Shown in pieces: positions 59,399 through 64,000 of a stretch of DNA of 64,000 nucleotides. The stretch is from Octopus sinensis (lineage: Eukaryota). A program made the position numbers and the translations under genes. The stretch is from the NCBI RefSeq assembly GCF_006345805.1, contig NC_042997.1, positions 51,584,001-51,648,000 on the forward strand, read 5' to 3'. Position 1 is the first letter of the stretch. Each line of letters begins with the position of its first letter. The notes beneath the pieces are model-generated. The model was not told the DNA's origin and did not search any database. It saw nothing but the letters and a program-made list of their open reading frames with translations.

Positions 59399-60615
59399 CC
59401 CTTTCGTTACTATATTTCTGACCAAAATACACCCCTCATGAGTTTCAATTAAATTCTAAAATAATCATGAATCTAGGTTTGTTTCATTAAATAACTGTAA
59501 CTTTTTTACTTATCAACATATTTAATGTGATATTTGGAACAGAATTAAAGAAAGGGTTCTTAATCAATTCTATTGCATAACTTTTGTTTCAAAGTGACTT
59601 TAATTACAGGTAAATTCAGGTAAATTGAGCAAAAGGTAAAAATATTAAAATTTTAAATTGAGCAAAAGGTAAAAATATTAAAATTTTAAATTGAGCAAAA
59701 GGTAAAAATATTAAAATTCTAAATTGAGCAAAAGGTAAAAATATTAAAATTTTAAATTGAGCAAAAGGTAAAAATATTAAAATTTTGTTTAAACATCACC
59801 ATAGAAAATGAATCATCAGCTAATATTCAGATGGGTATGCAACAAAATTTTGATAAAGAAGAATTGTGCACATCATTATATCATCAGTTGAATTTAATGC
59901 ACAACGGGTGTACCATAAAGGTGGAATAAAGTGAAATACTGGAATCCACCGTAAGTTTGACCGAACTAAAGAAATCAGTCAAAAAATAATATACGGCCCT
60001 GGTTATGGTATGGAAGTGATAAATTCCAGACCACATCGTTCCCTAGGCCATGCTGACTAACATTATTTTCCCTGTATAAAAACTAAATCCACGCAGTACC
60101 CAGTATTTGCTTCACAAATTTTCCAAAATTTGAACCCCCATTTTGTGTTTGTTTACATTCTGCGTAAGTTTGTTTCCGCATTGATCGCTTCAAACAATAA
60201 CTTCCAGACCACATCATACCCTAAGCCATGCTGACTAACATTAGTTTCCCTGTATAAAAACTAAATCCACAACAGTACCCAGTATTTGCTTCACAAATTT
60301 TCCAATTCAGAATCAATGCTTGATAACATGAAACTCCTATCCATTTTCAAAGTTGAAGAAAAATCGATGCCGAAAAAAATGTGGAAAAAAATCTCCCAAA
60401 ATTCAGGGAATTAAAATTACACGTCGATCGTTGTACAAAACTGTAGATGAACTGTTTACGAAGTATAATCACCTGTTTTCACGAATGTACTAAAGATATT
60501 TGCTCTGATATTCTCATTTAAATATGAATAGGTAAATATGGGTGGCTTTGGGCGGTTTGGTCACATTAACCAAAATTTTTTTCAGGCGGCTTTGGGCGGT
60601 TTGGTAACGAAAGGG
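59399..60615. mobile_element. piggyBac-type non-autonomous element (1217 bp)
   Basis: TTAA TSDs, same 12-bp TIR as 37558-37767; internal 5x33-bp array 59621-59785; ~103-bp direct repeat 60024-60126/60202-60305; subterminal repeat ggctttgggcggtttggt x2. Confidence 0.9.
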
Positions 60616-61992
60616 TTAAGAATATTAATAGAAGAAAAGCAGCTGAAAATATATAGCAAATTAGGATATGCACTAGTTATTTGCATAGGCAATTAGGTTA
60701 TACAGAAAGGATCAGACCTTAATGGCTGGAGTACAGAAATATTATCAATTGTTACAAGGGTGATTAGGAAGAAAATTAGCTTACCTGTGATGCAGTTTGG
60801 GTCTGTGAGTCTATTGATGCTTTCATTATAGTGAGACTGCAAAAGTTCTTAGTAAAAAGCAAACCACAATAACTATCATCTGTCGATTAGGAAATGCCGT
60901 TTCTGTTACTTTCAAAACTTTGTCTATCAATTCAGTGCTGTTGTTTTTGCCTTTTCTAGAGCATCTCCTTTGTCTTAGTAACAGCTGATACTTAAATTTT
61001 GTACATTCATTCTTTCAACTGCTTGGAGGGCTCCCTAGAAGTCAATAGTCTTTACTACCTAGGCAACAAAATTAACAATGGAGTATGGTGTTCCAGAAGT
61101 ATAGTTGTCAGAGCAACAATGCAGCGGAAAAAGTTCCTTCTAGTTGGACTATTTTGTTCTTCTTTATGCATCAATACTAAGAATATTTACTTTGAAAGAA
61201 TTGGCAGTAATGTTGCATTAAAGACAAATGTACATTGGGAACTAGGGGTGAGCAAATTGACCATTTGATCTCTTAAATTAGCTTTCAATATTGCACATTA
61301 ATTCCTAAGGATACTGCATACCCAACATTTTGGAATAGTTTATGGATTTCATGTCTATATGAATCTAATTTCAAAACGTTTTTTGCTTTTGTTGAAGATT
61401 CAAACTAAAGGCTTCCCCAAATTAACTGTAAGCAATCTTACATATCTATCAACAGTTTTACAATCTGTAATAGCAAGATCTTAATGGTAACTTAGTAAAA
61501 TTTTAACAACCAACTAGGTAATCTACTAAAATTTTAACCACTAGTTCTGTATCAAAATTCCAAATTTAGTAATACAATATCAGTAGCCATTAAAAATGCT
61601 TGAGATACTGAATATTAGCATACCTAATTATGATAGACTTTTATTATTGAATACAATTACCTTATTTTTAATATAAACATATATACTGAAATGGTGATTG
61701 GTTGTAGCTTTATAGTGATGAATGTTTGAAATGAAATTGTAATGGAAATCTAAACAGAGAACAGCAAATAAATAACTGTTAAAGCAAAGTAGTTTTATAT
61801 TCTAAAAAGAAATAAAGATTATATTTTTGATTTAAGAAAGCAAATCATTGATGTAAATAAAAAGTAAAAAAAAAAAACTGAAGTTGAAGAATTGATTTGG
61901 AGATGGGTAGCAATGCAACAAGAAAGGTGTAGGGCAAGAAACCAAAGAGGAGAGCTGAAGGAGAAGGTTCAGAAAGTTAGTTTTGTAAATAT

Positions 61993-63035
61993 TGTTCCGA
62001 CCGTCACTCAACTCAACTCAGGACCCTAAGTCGGCGACGACGACTACGCTCAGTCAAACGGAAATCCACCACAGAAAGCGGGGGTGGGCAGCGAACGCAA
62101 ACCAGTAACCGGAGACGATGACAACAACAAAGGAGAGAGACAGTGGAGGTAACGTACAATTTAACATCAATTTATATAATTCACAACGTCAATAGAAACA
62201 TTTCAAATACATCTAACTACAAGGTTAACAGACATTTAACAATTTATAACTTTACAAAATCAATCAAACGTAATACAGAGTTAAAAACAATCAATATCAT
62301 TTAGCAAAATGACAACGTCCGAATTTTCTACACAAATCAATTGGTTGACATGCAACACAATACAGAATAACAACAAATAGTCTTTCTCTTCTTTTCTCTT
62401 CTTTCTTTTCTTACACAGAGAGTTTGTTCTCAAAGATTCCTCTTTCTTTTAGAAACACAAAAAGTTCTTAGTTTCCTTTTCAACAGATTACAAGTTCTTT
62501 TTTTTTCCTTTTCTTTTTTTTTTTACAGTTTATGTCACAGAGTCTCTTTTTCAAACATCATAATTCAAATCACAAATAAAAACACAATCAAAACATAAAC
62601 AACAATACCGAATGTTTCTGAACCCACTATAGTAGTCCAGCTTCTTCGCGTGTCTCTCTCTGCCCCTTCGCTGTCATCTTCTTTTCTACCTCTCGCCTGT
62701 CAATTCCCAATATTCTCTGCCTGTCTTCCTTGCCTCTTGCCACTATCATCTCCTCGCTGGCTGTCTGCATCGACTCGCTGTCCCAACCGAACTCTTTTCT
62801 GGCCCTTCGCTGTCTGCTGCTTTAACACCAGTTCATCGCATTTTCAAGGGTGACATTTCAATTTTTTTTTATAACCTTTCCCTGACCGTGGAGATCAGAG
62901 GTTAGTCCCAAAAACTCATTAATTTTAACCGTTGCCATTGACAAGACAAAGAACACATTTTTTTTCCCCGCCGGTTCAACTCCAGCCAACGGAACAAGGG
63001 CATAACGTTTTCCCGTTTATTCCACCTCCGTAACA
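61993..63035. mobile_element. Probable solo LTR
   Basis: TGTT...AACA termini (tgttccga vs tgttacgg), CpG-rich relative to flanks, no ORF; TSD imperfect (atat/ctat). Confidence 0.5.
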
Positions 63036-64000
63036 CTATGTACAATACTTCAAATAAATACAGTGACAGATTAAAATTTTGAGGTGGAAAGGATCAATAC
63101 CTCAAAGAACCAAGAAGATATATAGCTACAATGACAACAAAGTGTTGTTGAGTGAAGAGAGGTGGGCAGGGAGACTGATAAAATAATACCTGAAAGATAT
63201 CACTGATAAAGATATAGTCATGATAACAAAGTATTATATATCAGGCACAAAGTGGGATGAGAGCGCATGCACACACAATTACGCCCATACAGTTACAGAC
63301 AAACACTTGTGCACATTTCAGAACATTAAAGAGTCAACTGAATTGTTACCATTAGTTGTAGTCCGTATGAAATAATATTTTTTGAAAGATCAGTACCTTG
63401 TTTAAACTTAGTTTGGTTAATAGTCTACTTATTAGAAACAAAGTACTTCGCTTGCCTAATTTTTCCAAAGTAAACTATGACAATAATGATACATAAGACT
63501 GGACTAAATAAAAAATTAAGACTTAAACAAGTTGATCCTTTATTATTGTTATTGTTTTTCCTTTTTCTGTTTTGACAAATAAGGTACTTTGTTTCCAACA
63601 AGAAAAATATAAACAAAATTATAATTTCAAACCTTTGTTTTTATTGATATTTTTTTTTAATAAATATTATAGAAAGATACCTGACGGCAAAAATACAGAA
63701 AAATGTTTCCAATGAAAATACCTACATTAAAAATTGTTACTGTGAAAGCATTTATAGCAAAAGTAAATGCCATAGATTACCCTATGGTGATGTTTATGGT
63801 AAAAATACCTACAATAAAAGTTTAAAACTGATTTTCAAGCAGCCAATGTGCACAAACTGGCTCCAATTAAGTCCATTAATACCGTAATGGAGTGTTACTA
63901 AGATAGAAACTATTTTGTTGTGAGAGAAACTGCTGGGGGTCCCACAATTTCTTGCTGAACAACCTTCACAGATCATTTGCTTATGGTATTCAAATGTTTG

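Noticed and set aside
59621-59785. 5x33-bp repeat as CRISPR or regulatory array
   Set aside because: No spacers; lies inside a TTAA-flanked non-autonomous transposon
55370-61300. Additional host gene downstream of Hex
   Set aside because: Only short low-complexity ORFs and very decayed LINE-like traces; no splice-consistent exons or recognisable domains

Overview
AT-rich, microsatellite- and retroposon-dense animal DNA; the repeat content suggests an octopus/cephalopod genome (inference). One host gene is recovered: a + strand GH20 beta-hexosaminidase (HEXB-like active site). I assembled it by hand from 14 coding exons between 7837 and 53299 (2415 nt, 804 aa, all splice phases compatible). 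It has a signal peptide, a ~150-aa polar pro-region ending at KVRR, an intact catalytic barrel, and a final exon with two predicted transmembrane helices reached through a GC-AG intron. Read-through or a nearby GT donor would instead give a soluble ~730-aa enzyme. Introns and flanks hold RTE LINE pieces (with a PHD-like finger inside the RT region), tRNA-derived SINEs, Penelope-like remnants, six hammerhead-ribozyme-like motifs (one with a fully intact core), a 546-bp palindrome of two back-to-back tRNA-head/hammerhead-tail units, a Tc1-derived fold-back, a mariner, two TTAA piggyBac-type MITEs, a non-autonomous Helitron, a probable solo LTR and two kilobase-scale (TA)n arrays. All coordinates, alignments and RNA folds were read by eye; repeat boundaries are approximate.
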